Positions 8,899-17,627 of a stretch of DNA of 32,000 nt are shown piece after piece. Below the pieces are notes generated by a model. The model saw nothing but the letters and a program-made list of their open reading frames with translations. It had not been told where the DNA came from and did not search any database. The translations under genes and the position numbers were made by a program. The first letter of the stretch is position 1; each line of letters starts with the position of its first letter. The stretch is taken from assembly GCA_964475825.1 (NCBI GenBank), contig CAYYXT010000007.1:5137-37136 (forward strand), written 5' to 3'. Source of the stretch: an uncultured Nitrosopumilaceae archaeon (lineage in GTDB: Archaea; Thermoproteota; Nitrososphaeria; Nitrososphaerales; Nitrosopumilaceae).

Positions 8899-9584
8899 TA
8901 CTTCATAACCTCAACTGTAGCAGAACCTTTTGTTATAGAACCTAATCTATCAATCACGTTTGGCCTTGCTCCAGCGGGTATTTCAAGTATTGCTTTTAAG
9001 GAACCATTATTTTGCCATTCTTCCTTTTTTAGAAACCCTACAGATTTCAAAACAGCATAAGATTGAGATGCATATTGTGCAGGTATCGTTATTTCAAGAT
9101 CTAGATTTTCAGATTTCAAAGGTATTATCGAACGCAATTTTTCTACAATATCTTTTACTTGCTCATCTACACTTTTTTGTGGTTCTATTGTAATTCTTCC
9201 ATCCTTTAATGCTTGTTCAATTCTCAGTGGAGGATGTGGTAAATGTGTTCTAGGATCAACGTAAGTCTTGGCAATAAATGAAACAATTTGTTTTCTCTTC
9301 TCATCGAGCATTTTACGTCTTTGTTCAGTAGTAAGATTCAGATCACCTTTTCTAAGCATTATCTCAGCAATCTCATTGACATCTTCAGTTTTGAAAGCCT
9401 TTAGTAGTTTTTCTGTTGAGGGTTTAGTGCCTTTACTAGAGTCAGTATAGATCTCATCAGAAATCAAGATTGCAGAAATGTCTTTTTTCTTTCCCAGTTT
9501 GAAATCTAGTGCGGGGTCAGGCTTTACCAAAATCTCAAATTTTTCGCCTTCGTATGAATATCTAACCACGGTTACATCTGCCAT
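8898..9584 (-). CDS. sdo1: SBDS-family ribosome maturation protein (Sdo1)
   Basis: 228 aa. The N-terminal FYSH-like region is VVRYSYEGEKFEILVKPD. First gene of the exosome operon. Confidence 0.85.
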   Translation of the reverse strand: MADVTVVRYSYEGEKFEILVKPDPALDFKLGKKKDISAILISDEIYTDSSKGTKPSTEKLLKAFKTEDVNEIAEIMLRKGDLNLTTEQRRKMLDEKRKQIVSFIAKTYVDPRTHLPHPPLRIEQALKDGRITIEPQKSVDEQVKDIVEKLRSIIPLKSENLDLEITIPAQYASQSYAVLKSVGFLKKEEWQNNGSLKAILEIPAGARPNVIDRLGSITKGSATVEVMK

Positions 9585-9639
9585 TTCTGAAATATTGTAT
9601 GATAATTTGGTATTTATCTATACTCAAAATAACTAATCA

Positions 9640-9810
9640 ATGACTTTACCTCACGTCTTTAAGTATTCAGAAAAGATCGAAATTTCAATGCAGAGACAAG
9701 AATCAACTGACATTATAGAGAGATTTCTATCTCACAAGTTTAGACTTTCAAAGAGTTATTCAACTATCGCTACCTACAAATCAAGTATTAGAAAGTTTGA
9801 AGAATTTTGA
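9640..9810 (+). pseudogene. Possible remnant of a tyrosine recombinase/integrase N-terminal (SAM-like) domain; 56-codon ORF below the track threshold
   Basis: My translation: MTLPHVFKYSEKIEISMQRQESTDIIERFLSHKFRLSKSYSTIATYKSSIRKFEEF*. The pattern FL-x6-LS-x2-S/T-x3-Y-x3-I/L-x2-F resembles the XerC/D-type core-binding helix. No catalytic domain follows. Confidence 0.3.
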
Positions 9811-9965
9811 TAAAGAGATGGAAGAGTGGAAAAAAAGTGTTAGAAAATTACTAATCTGTTACCTCTTCTAAAGTAGAAAGATTCGTTCTTACTGGCATAA
9901 TTAAAGCCGGATTTAGTGCAAAATCGTAGGCTCTAACAATGATCAAAAGAAAGAATATTTGTAAA

Positions 9966-10436
9966 TTAAATTCTAATCTCTTTTTTAATCGCAGATAGTT
10001 GGTTAACCAAATCACTGGAGGTGATTATTCCAATGACTTTGGTATCTTCAACTACTGCAAGCTTGCGAATTTTTTTAGATGACATCTGTTTGGCTGCATC
10101 TAAAATTGATTGATTTGAGCCAATTGTTTGCAAAGGAATTGATGCTATTTTCCCCACTGGTGTATCCAGTGGATATTGGTTTGCCACAATTTTAATTGCA
10201 AAGTCCCTATCAGTTATAATTCCTATAGTGATAGAACCTTCTTTCACCAAAACGGCACCTATTCCTTGCTCCATTATTTTAGATATCTGATATACGGTTG
10301 TGGAAGACGAAGCAGTTATCAACTTTTTTGACATTACATCTTTAACCAGAATTTTTGATAGATCTTTTTCTAAATTATTATTATTTGCTAAAGGTCTTTG
10401 TGTTTTTGTCGATAAGATATCAAAAATTCCCATCAC
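9966..10436 (-). CDS. CBS-domain pair protein
   Basis: 156 aa with two CBS repeats (VKDVMSKKLITA ... GIITDRD and LQTIGSNQSILDAAKQM ... GIITSSD). Confidence 0.8.
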   Translation of the reverse strand: MMGIFDILSTKTQRPLANNNNLEKDLSKILVKDVMSKKLITASSSTTVYQISKIMEQGIGAVLVKEGSITIGIITDRDFAIKIVANQYPLDTPVGKIASIPLQTIGSNQSILDAAKQMSSKKIRKLAVVEDTKVIGIITSSDLVNQLSAIKKEIRI

Positions 10437-10716
10437 ATAATAATAACTAACAAAAACTTAAGGTTTTCTAAATTTTGTATGAACTTAAAGATTTAGGAAA
10501 ACAAAAAGAGATTAGAATTAGAAGGTATTTTGTAGCTCGGCAGTTGTGATATATTAACTCAAAAAGTGATGTTTAGTCAAAAAAAAGTTCTGGACGCTGT
10601 TGAGAATTACAAGATTATGCCTAAAATAGGCTTGATTAAATCATGATAAAACTTTAATATCTATACGTAAAACCAGCTAGATTTTTATGTGGATTTTGAA
10701 AATTTTCTTCTAAGAT

Positions 10717-11355
10717 TTGTCTTCTTTAGAGGTAATTAACAAGAATAATCAAAAAATGTCAGTCAAGCTGAAAGGTGTTCCATTACAGTATGCAAATGCA
10801 CTTAGACGCATATGTCTAAACGGCATTCCTGTATTTGCTATAGATACAGTAGATATCATAGAAAACTCGTCCGTATTGCCAGATGAAGGTTTGGCACACA
10901 GACTGGGATTAATACCAATTAAGACGGATTTATCAAGATTCAATGAGCCATCAAAATGTGATTGTCAAAGTGAGACAGGTTGTTCTAATTGTAAAGTTAT
11001 GATGGTTCTAGATTCTGGAGATTCAGACGTCACTAGAACGATCTTATCAAATGAACTAACATCTGAGGATGATTCAGTAAAACCAACTTCAGATAAAATT
11101 CCAATTATTCAGCTGGCACCAGGACAAAGAATCAAAGTGGAATGTTATGCAAGACTTGGTCGCGGAACAGAACATGCAAAGTGGAATTCAGCAAACATTT
11201 CAGTTTTAACTGAAACCAATAAAGAAGATGAGAGAGTACTCACAGTAGAATCAACAGGAGCATTAAAACCAGAACAAATAATCCTTGCAGGAGTAGATGA
11301 ACTAAGCAATAGATTGTCCGAGTTTAAAGAAATAATCGGTCAATTAAAAGAATAA
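10717..11355 (+). CDS. rpoD: DNA-directed RNA polymerase subunit D (Rpo3)
   Basis: 212 aa with a TTG start. Contains ANALRRI, LPDEGLAHRLGLIP and a CDCQSETGCSNC four-Cys loop. Followed by L18e-L13-S9, as in other archaea. Confidence 0.9.
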   Translation: MSSLEVINKNNQKMSVKLKGVPLQYANALRRICLNGIPVFAIDTVDIIENSSVLPDEGLAHRLGLIPIKTDLSRFNEPSKCDCQSETGCSNCKVMMVLDSGDSDVTRTILSNELTSEDDSVKPTSDKIPIIQLAPGQRIKVECYARLGRGTEHAKWNSANISVLTETNKEDERVLTVESTGALKPEQIILAGVDELSNRLSEFKEIIGQLKE

Positions 11356-11400
11356 ATTAAGCATACACATTATATTTGGGTTTTAAACCGGTTTATTCAC

Positions 11401-11748
11401 ATGACTAATCAAGTCGTCATACGCATGGCAAAAGAGCTAAAAAAGGCATCTACCAAAAATGATGCCCCAATTTGGGCAAGATTAGCAGAATATGCATTAA
11501 AACCATCTATTGCAAGACGACACATCAATTTGAACAGAATAGGTCAACTAACAAAGGATACTGATACCGTAGTTTTTCCAGGAAAGGTATTAGGAACTGG
11601 CGATATTCATCATAAAATTACGCTTTGTTCATTTTCAATTTCAAATTCAGCAGCTACAAAGATTTTAGAAAAAGGAGGAAAGTTGGTTAGTTTTTCAGAT
11701 TTAATAGAAAAACACCCAACTGGAAAAGGAGTTGTATTACTTGGCTAG
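11401..11748 (+). CDS. rpl18e: 50S ribosomal protein L18e (eL18)
   Basis: 115 aa. Contains APIWARLAE ... VVFPGKVLGTG. Syntenic position. Confidence 0.9.
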   Translation: MTNQVVIRMAKELKKASTKNDAPIWARLAEYALKPSIARRHINLNRIGQLTKDTDTVVFPGKVLGTGDIHHKITLCSFSISNSAATKILEKGGKLVSFSDLIEKHPTGKGVVLLG

Positions 11749-12202
11749 TCAAGAAAATGTTGTATCAATAGACAAACCAATTGTAGTAGATGCTACAGAC
11801 CACATAGCAGGAAGACTATCATCAAATGTTGCTAAATTATTGTTAAAAGGAAACAGAGTTTCAGTTGTAAATTGTGAAAAAATCATGATCAGTGGAACAA
11901 GAACAAACATAATTAGTGAATATAGAGGATTTTTAGAAGTTAGCAGTGTCATTCATCCAAGACATGGTCCAATACATCCAAGAAGACCAGACACAATCAT
12001 GAAGAAAATGATCCGTGGAATGTTACCAAGAAAGAAACCCTCAGGTTTATCAGCTCATAAAAGACTAAGAACATACATTGGTTCACCTAAAGAACTAAGT
12101 TCATTTGAAAAAATTCAATTCAAAGAAGCAAAAATTAGAAAATCTTCAGCAAACTATACAACAGTTGGAGACATTGCAAAAATAATAGGGTGGACAGAAT
12201 GA
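11732..12202 (+). CDS. rpl13: 50S ribosomal protein L13 (uL13)
   Basis: 156 aa. VVDATDHIAGRLSSNVAKLLLKGNRVSVVNCEKIMISG is the typical uL13 N-terminus. There is no in-frame ATG near the 5' end, so a TTG start at 11732 or 11741 is assumed. Confidence 0.85.
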   Translation: MYYLASQENVVSIDKPIVVDATDHIAGRLSSNVAKLLLKGNRVSVVNCEKIMISGTRTNIISEYRGFLEVSSVIHPRHGPIHPRRPDTIMKKMIRGMLPRKKPSGLSAHKRLRTYIGSPKELSSFEKIQFKEAKIRKSSANYTTVGDIAKIIGWTE

Positions 12203-12648
12203 CAACGCCAAAAACAGAAATTTATTTTGCAACTAGAAAAACATCCAGTGCACATGTTTACATTACAAAAGGACAAGGAAAAGTTAGAATAAACAACATA
12301 CCTATTGAGATGATCCCACAAGAAACTGCTCGTGAGGTCATGTTAGCACCATTAGAAATTACAGGGGATTTAAGAGATAAGATAGATATTTCTGTCAGAG
12401 TAAGAGGCGGTGGATTTATGGGACAAGCTAGTGCAACAGCGATTGGCATCTCAAGGGCACTTATAGGTTGGACCAAATCTAAAAAAGACCCTAAAGATCA
12501 TCCATTCCCAAAATCAACTAGAGAAGACCTAAGACAAAGAATTGCAGATTTTGACAAGTATCTAATTAGCGGTGATGCCAGAAGAAAAGAACCAAAGAAA
12601 TTCGGCGGACCGGGTGCAAGAAGAAGAAAACAAAAATCATATCGTTAG
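12199..12648 (+). CDS. rps9: 30S ribosomal protein S9 (uS9)
   Basis: C-terminus GDARRKEPKKFGGPGARRRKQKSYR. I prefer the ATG at 12199, which forms an ATGA overlap with the L13 stop, over the track's GTG at 12190. Confidence 0.85.
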   Translation: MTTPKTEIYFATRKTSSAHVYITKGQGKVRINNIPIEMIPQETAREVMLAPLEITGDLRDKIDISVRVRGGGFMGQASATAIGISRALIGWTKSKKDPKDHPFPKSTREDLRQRIADFDKYLISGDARRKEPKKFGGPGARRRKQKSYR

Positions 12649-12651
12649 ACT

Positions 12652-13380
12652 GTGAAAGCTGTAATTTTAGCTGGTGGCAAAGGAACTAGAGGCAAGCCAT
12701 ATACAGAGTATTTCCCAAAAGCAATGACGCCAATAAAGGATAAGCCGTTAATTGATTATATTGTAAGATATTTGAATTCATTTGATTTCATCAAAGAGAT
12801 CATCATAATTTCAGATTATGAGGGATTAGGAGGTCAAATTAAAAATTATTACAGCAATTCAAAAAATGGAAAAAAGATTACGTTTGTACAAGACACACAA
12901 AGTGGAACCGGTGGAGATCTTTTACATATTGAAGATAAACTTGAAGGAGATTCAGAATTTGTGTTATGGTTTGTAGATAATCTATGTGCCATAGATCTAG
13001 TAAAAATGAGAAAGGTCTTCAAAGAAAAAAATAGTACTGCATGCATTGCAACCAGAACAAAAAGAAAAGAAGAAACAGGATTTGCAGTAGTAGAAAATGG
13101 AATAATAAAGAAATTCAAAGAAAAACCAACTATGAAATTACAATTATCAGAATGTCTAGGAATTTACATTTTAGGAAAAGAAGTAATTAAAAGAATTAAA
13201 GCAAAAACAAAACAAAAAGAGATTAATCTTTCATTTGACATTTTACAGCAATTATCAAAAGAAGGAAGAATTAGTGCCTACGACATTGAGGATAAAGAAT
13301 GGATAGATGCTGAATCACCAATGGTTTTAGAAAGAAATGAAAGAATAGTGAAAAAGATCATAAAACAGATGGGATTTTAG
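12652..13380 (+). CDS. Sugar-phosphate nucleotidyltransferase
   Basis: 242 aa with a GTG start. N-terminal KAVILAGGKGTRGKPYT is the NTP-transferase G-x-G-T-R signature. Confidence 0.8.
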   Translation: MKAVILAGGKGTRGKPYTEYFPKAMTPIKDKPLIDYIVRYLNSFDFIKEIIIISDYEGLGGQIKNYYSNSKNGKKITFVQDTQSGTGGDLLHIEDKLEGDSEFVLWFVDNLCAIDLVKMRKVFKEKNSTACIATRTKRKEETGFAVVENGIIKKFKEKPTMKLQLSECLGIYILGKEVIKRIKAKTKQKEINLSFDILQQLSKEGRISAYDIEDKEWIDAESPMVLERNERIVKKIIKQMGF

Positions 13381-13942
13381 AATGTTTTTCAAATTCGGAG
13401 ATTTTTTTCTCATATAGCAAAGTTTGGGCTATATCATCTAATCCTTCTAAAAGAATTTTTTTCTTGTGTAAATCAATATCAAAAGAAATTTCCTCAGAAC
13501 TTGTTTTAATTATTTGATTTTCCAAATCTACTTCTATTTCTCCTGTTTCTTGTTGTAGTTTTTCTACTGTTTTATCATCCAACATAATCGGTAAAATTCC
13601 GTTTTTGAAACAATTGCTGTAAAAAATATCAGCAAACGAAGGAGCAATAATGACTGAGAAACCATAATCCTGTAATGCCCAAACTGCATGTTCTCGACTA
13701 GAACCGCATCCAAAATTATCCCCTACAACAAGAATTTTAGAATTTTTGTATTTAGGATCATTTAATATAAAATCAGATTTTAGGTGTTCTTGATCATCGT
13801 ATCTCCAATTATAGAAAAGAAATTTTCCAAATCCTGATTTCTGAATTAGTTTTAGAAATTGTTTCGGTACAATTTGATCTGTATCGACATTTACCTTATC
13901 TAATGGAGTGATTATAGTTTTGACTTTTTTGAAAGACTGCAT
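13358..13942 (-). CDS. leuD: 3-isopropylmalate dehydratase small subunit, bacterial type
   Basis: 194 aa. VDTDQIVPKQFLKLIQKSGFGKFLFYNWRY parallels E. coli LeuD. Contains GCGSSREHA. Confidence 0.85.
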   Translation of the reverse strand: MQSFKKVKTIITPLDKVNVDTDQIVPKQFLKLIQKSGFGKFLFYNWRYDDQEHLKSDFILNDPKYKNSKILVVGDNFGCGSSREHAVWALQDYGFSVIIAPSFADIFYSNCFKNGILPIMLDDKTVEKLQQETGEIEVDLENQIIKTSSEEISFDIDLHKKKILLEGLDDIAQTLLYEKKISEFEKHSKIPSVL

Positions 13943-13943
13943 T

Positions 13944-15359
13944 CTAATTCAAATCCATTTCTCTAACATCTACAAAATGACCTTCTATAGCAGCGGCAGC
14001 CGCCATCACTGGACTTACCAAATGAGTTCTTCCTCCAGTTCCTTGTCTACCTTCAAAATTTCTATTAGAAGTACTTGCACATCTTTCACCGGGAGATAAA
14101 ATATCAGGATTCATCCCTAGACACATACTACAGCCTGCTTCTCTCCATTCAAAATTTGCATCTGTAAAGATTTTATCAAGACCTAATTCTTCTGCTTGTT
14201 TTTTTACCATCTGAGAGCCAGGAACTACCATAGCTCTAACATGGGGGGATAATTTTTTCCCTTTAACAACTTTGGATGCTTCAATTAGATCATCTAACCT
14301 AGCATTTGTGCATGAACCAATAAACACTCTATCTATTTTGATTTCAGTGATTGGAGTTCCAGGTTTAAGAGCCATGTATTCAAGTGCTTTTTCAGCACCT
14401 TTCTTTTGATTTTGATCACCTTTGGAAAAATCTTCTGGAAATGGAATGGATTCAGTGATATCACAAGTCATACCAGGATTAGTACCCCAGCTTACTTGAG
14501 GTGCAATGTTATCAATATGCAAAGTATAGTTTTTTTCAAATTTTGCGTCGCTGTCTGTTTTTAGATTATCTCTCCAATAATCAACTAGAGATTCATAATT
14601 TTTTGGAGTGTATTTCCTACCTCGAAGATATTCAAAGGTTTTCTCATCAGGTGCAATTAGTCCTGCACGTGCACCTGCTTCAATAGACATGTTACAAATT
14701 GTCATTCGTTGTTCCATAGAAAGGTCGCTGATACCTTCGCCTCTGTATTCAATAACGGTGCCATTACCACCAGAAGTGCCAATATTTTTGATTATTGACA
14801 ATATGATGTCTTTTGCAGTAACAGCATGAGGATTCTTTCGTTTACCTTCTACACTGATTTCAAAAGGTTTCGGTTTTTCTAACCAAAGAGTTTGTGATGC
14901 TAAAACATGCTCTACTTCACTTGTTCCTATTCCAAAGGCTAATGCCCCAAAAGCTCCATGTGTGGAAGTATGACTGTCACCACAAACAATAGTACTTCCA
15001 GGTAATGTAATTCCTAATTGAGGCCCAATGACATGAACAATTCCTTGATTAGGGCTGTTAATATCAAATAATTGAATTCCAAAGTCCTTACAATTTTTTT
15101 CCAGAGTTTGTATTTGAACTGCAGAGGTTTGGTCTAAAATAGGAAGGGTCCTATTATTCGTTGGAACGTTATGATCCATTGTTGCAATTGTAAGATCAGG
15201 TCTCCTTACTGATCTATTATTCATGCGAAGTCCATCAAATGCTTGAGGAGAAGTTACTTCATGAACAAGATGCCTATCAATATAGATTAGAGATGGACTG
15301 TTTTCTTTTTCTACAACAATGTGAGCATCCCAAATTTTTTCAAAAAGTGTTTTTCCCAT
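13944..15359 (-). CDS. leuC: 3-isopropylmalate dehydratase large subunit, bacterial type
   Basis: 471 aa. [15 protein letters not shown]-terminus, [12 protein letters not shown], and Fe-S ligand regions [11 protein letters not shown] and [10 protein letters not shown]. Confidence 0.9.
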   Translation of the reverse strand: MGKTLFEKIWDAHIVVEKENSPSLIYIDRHLVHEVTSPQAFDGLRMNNRSVRRPDLTIATMDHNVPTNNRTLPILDQTSAVQIQTLEKNCKDFGIQLFDINSPNQGIVHVIGPQLGITLPGSTIVCGDSHTSTHGAFGALAFGIGTSEVEHVLASQTLWLEKPKPFEISVEGKRKNPHAVTAKDIILSIIKNIGTSGGNGTVIEYRGEGISDLSMEQRMTICNMSIEAGARAGLIAPDEKTFEYLRGRKYTPKNYESLVDYWRDNLKTDSDAKFEKNYTLHIDNIAPQVSWGTNPGMTCDITESIPFPEDFSKGDQNQKKGAEKALEYMALKPGTPITEIKIDRVFIGSCTNARLDDLIEASKVVKGKKLSPHVRAMVVPGSQMVKKQAEELGLDKIFTDANFEWREAGCSMCLGMNPDILSPGERCASTSNRNFEGRQGTGGRTHLVSPVMAAAAAIEGHFVDVREMDLN

Positions 15360-15366
15360 TTTAATC

Positions 15367-15852
15367 CTAGTCTGGTTTGTATTTGAATAGACCGCCAGCT
15401 TCTATTATTTTTCCAATAATTTCTGAGAAAGGTTTCATTTTGTATGTTTTATTTTTTGTGAGATTTTTAATTTCATTGCTGCGAATGTCAATATCGATTT
15501 CATCGCCTTCAGAAATATTTGAGTATGCATCCTCTTCAATTTCTATTGGTAACAAAAATGCACCATCAACTGCATTTCTATAAAATATTCTTGCAAATGA
15601 GAGAGCAAGTACTGCCTTTATTCCAGAATGAGAAAGTGCAATTGGTGCATGCTCACGGGATGAGCCGCAACCAAAATTTCTTCCAGATAAGATAAAATCA
15701 CCTTCTTTTACCTTTGAGTGAAAATCAGGATCAAGTCCTTCCATAGCATGTAATGCAAGCTCAGCATAGTCATGGACTTTGAGATACTGTCCAGGTATAA
15801 TGACGTCCGTATCAATATTGTCTCTTTCGTATTTTATGACGTTTCCTTTCAA
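15367..15852 (-). CDS. Aconitase-family dehydratase small subunit, archaeal type (isopropylmalate/homoaconitate/citramalate isomerase; substrate unresolved)
   Basis: 161 aa. Contains [13 protein letters not shown] and [10 protein letters not shown]. The size and N-terminus match the archaeal LeuD/HacB class. Confidence 0.8.
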   Translation of the reverse strand: MKGNVIKYERDNIDTDVIIPGQYLKVHDYAELALHAMEGLDPDFHSKVKEGDFILSGRNFGCGSSREHAPIALSHSGIKAVLALSFARIFYRNAVDGAFLLPIEIEEDAYSNISEGDEIDIDIRSNEIKNLTKNKTYKMKPFSEIIGKIIEAGGLFKYKPD

Positions 15853-17120
15853 TTCAAGTCCCTCGGATCAGTTATTTTACCAGTAACTGCAGATGCCGCC
15901 GCTACAAGTGGTGAGGAAAGATATGTTTGTGAATCAACATGCCCCATTCTTCCTGGGAAGTTTCTATTTGTGGTACTAATGCAAATTTCATCTTTTGCCA
16001 AAACTCCCATATGCGCACCACAGCATGCTCCGCATGTTGGTGGGCCAACAACCGCACCTGCATCTAAAAATATTTTGAGTAGTCCGTTTTCCATTGCACG
16101 TTTGTAAATAGAAATCGAAGCCGGTAAAATTTCGGTTCTAATCTTAACTTTTCTTCCTTTGAGAATTTTAGCGACTGCTTCCAAATCTTCGTATTTTGCA
16201 CCAGTACAAGAACCAATGTATGATTTGTCCAATTCTACAGAGGGTGCTTCTCTAACTATGGAAATATTTTCTGGAGAAAAGGGTTTTGCCACAATTGGTT
16301 CCATTTCTGAACCTTCGTATTCGTATATCTTTTCATATTCAGCATCATCATCTCCATTAACTAATGAAATATTTGTAGCCCCTCTACTTGTAAGATAATC
16401 AATTACTTTTTGATCAGGTTCCACTATTCCATTTTTAGCGCCAGCTTCTGTAGTCATATTACATAGAGTCAATCGACTCTCAACGGACATTTCATCAATT
16501 CCGCTTCCACCAAATTGCATGGTTTTGTATGCTCCCCCCTCAGTGCTGATATCACCAATGATCTTTAGAATAAAGTCTTTAGCCATTACATGTTCTGGAA
16601 GTTTTCCATTTAGCTTAAAGTATAATGTTTCAGGAACCTTAAACCAAATTTTTCCATTCAATAAAACATATGCCACATCAGTATGACCTAACCCACAAGC
16701 AAATGATCCCAACGCACCAGTGGTATTAGTATGAGAATCGCCTCCAACATATACATCGCCAGGTAACACCAATGCTTCTTCGTGTGATAGTGTGTGACAA
16801 ATTCCATATTGTCCCATTCCATACTTGAAGTGTTTTTCAATGCCATACTTTTTTGTAAAATTAGACAATTTCACAATATTTTCAGCTGAGACCATATCTG
16901 GAGAAGGAACAAAATGATCTTCTGCAACCCAAACTTTTGTTGGATCCCATAATTTATCAACATTAATGCCTTGTTTCTTTAATTTATCAAATACTTTGAT
17001 CACACCTGGACCAGATACATCATGGAGCATTACTTTGTCCACATTTGCAAAAATTACATCGCCAGGAGTAACTCGTTGTCTCCCTGAAGCATGTGCAAGT
17101 ATCTTCTCAGTTATATTCAT
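15849..17120 (-). CDS. Aconitase-family dehydratase large subunit, archaeal type (partner of 15367-15852)
   Basis: 423 aa. Contains GGDSHTNTTGALG, IGSCTGAKYEDL and PTCGACCGAHMG. A 4-nt overlap links it to the small subunit. Confidence 0.85.
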   Translation of the reverse strand: MNITEKILAHASGRQRVTPGDVIFANVDKVMLHDVSGPGVIKVFDKLKKQGINVDKLWDPTKVWVAEDHFVPSPDMVSAENIVKLSNFTKKYGIEKHFKYGMGQYGICHTLSHEEALVLPGDVYVGGDSHTNTTGALGSFACGLGHTDVAYVLLNGKIWFKVPETLYFKLNGKLPEHVMAKDFILKIIGDISTEGGAYKTMQFGGSGIDEMSVESRLTLCNMTTEAGAKNGIVEPDQKVIDYLTSRGATNISLVNGDDDAEYEKIYEYEGSEMEPIVAKPFSPENISIVREAPSVELDKSYIGSCTGAKYEDLEAVAKILKGRKVKIRTEILPASISIYKRAMENGLLKIFLDAGAVVGPPTCGACCGAHMGVLAKDEICISTTNRNFPGRMGHVDSQTYLSSPLVAAASAVTGKITDPRDLN

Positions 17121-17172
17121 AATCGAAAAAGCCAGTTCTACAGATTAAAAGCTTTTCAGAAGATGTCCTAGT

Positions 17173-17199
17173 GTCAGATATGAAAATCTCGTATCTGAC
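17173..17199. promoter_or_regulatory. 8-bp perfect inverted repeat GTCAGATA-N11-TATCTGAC upstream of the archaeal-type dehydratase operon
   Basis: Read directly from the sequence. A third half-site copy, CGTATCAGACG, at 17275-17285 matches CGTATCTGACG (17190-17200) at 10 of 11 positions. Confidence 0.35.
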
Positions 17200-17317
17200 G
17201 TTTCTATACAAAAAAAGCCCGAAAAAAAATTTCAGTATGACCTTCTTTTTGGAGGAATTTAGTTGATCATACCACGTATCAGACGAAAAAAGAGAAAGTC
17301 AACTGGAGAGCAAATTA

Positions 17318-17596
17318 TTAATGAAATCTATTCTCTACTTCATGACACTGGCCCAAGACCATATCCACTGACAGTAACAGATCCTTGAACGATTCTATCT
17401 TCTTCCTCGCCTGAGCATTGTCAGGAACAGAAATTTCTACTTCATATTCCTTCATATCATGAAAACAATTTATCATAATTGCATCTCCAACCATTACTTT
17501 TCTGATTAGATTTAATACTGTTTCACCGCAAGCATTAGTATATTCTGTTATTGCATCCAGTTCTTTCTTTGAAATCTTAGCTGAAATTGTTGGCAT
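17318..17596 (-). CDS. Putative ribbon-helix-helix (CopG/Arc/MetJ-like) DNA-binding protein with an uncharacterised C-terminal half
   Basis: 92 aa. N-terminal PTISAKISKKELDAITEYTNACGETVLNLIRKVM fits a beta-strand/helix/helix pattern. The assignment rests on pattern only. Confidence 0.45.
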   Translation of the reverse strand: MPTISAKISKKELDAITEYTNACGETVLNLIRKVMVGDAIMINCFHDMKEYEVEISVPDNAQARKKIESFKDLLLSVDMVLGQCHEVENRFH

Positions 17597-17598
17597 AT

Positions 17599-17627
17599 TG
17601 GTTTACCTTTGGTCACCATGGTTTACC
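17599..17627. promoter_or_regulatory. Direct repeat TGGTTTACC x2 (20-bp period) immediately upstream of the RHH gene start
   Basis: TGGTTTACC at 17599-17607 and 17619-17627, flanking GGTCACC. The start codon complement is at 17594-17596. Confidence 0.35.

Noticed and set aside
10569-10646. 25-aa ORF MFSQKKVLDAVENYKIMPKIGLIKS in the 280-bp spacer upstream of rpoD
   Set aside because: It has no motif, and the nearest TATA-like element is only about 12 nt from the ATG. It cannot be distinguished from chance without conservation data.
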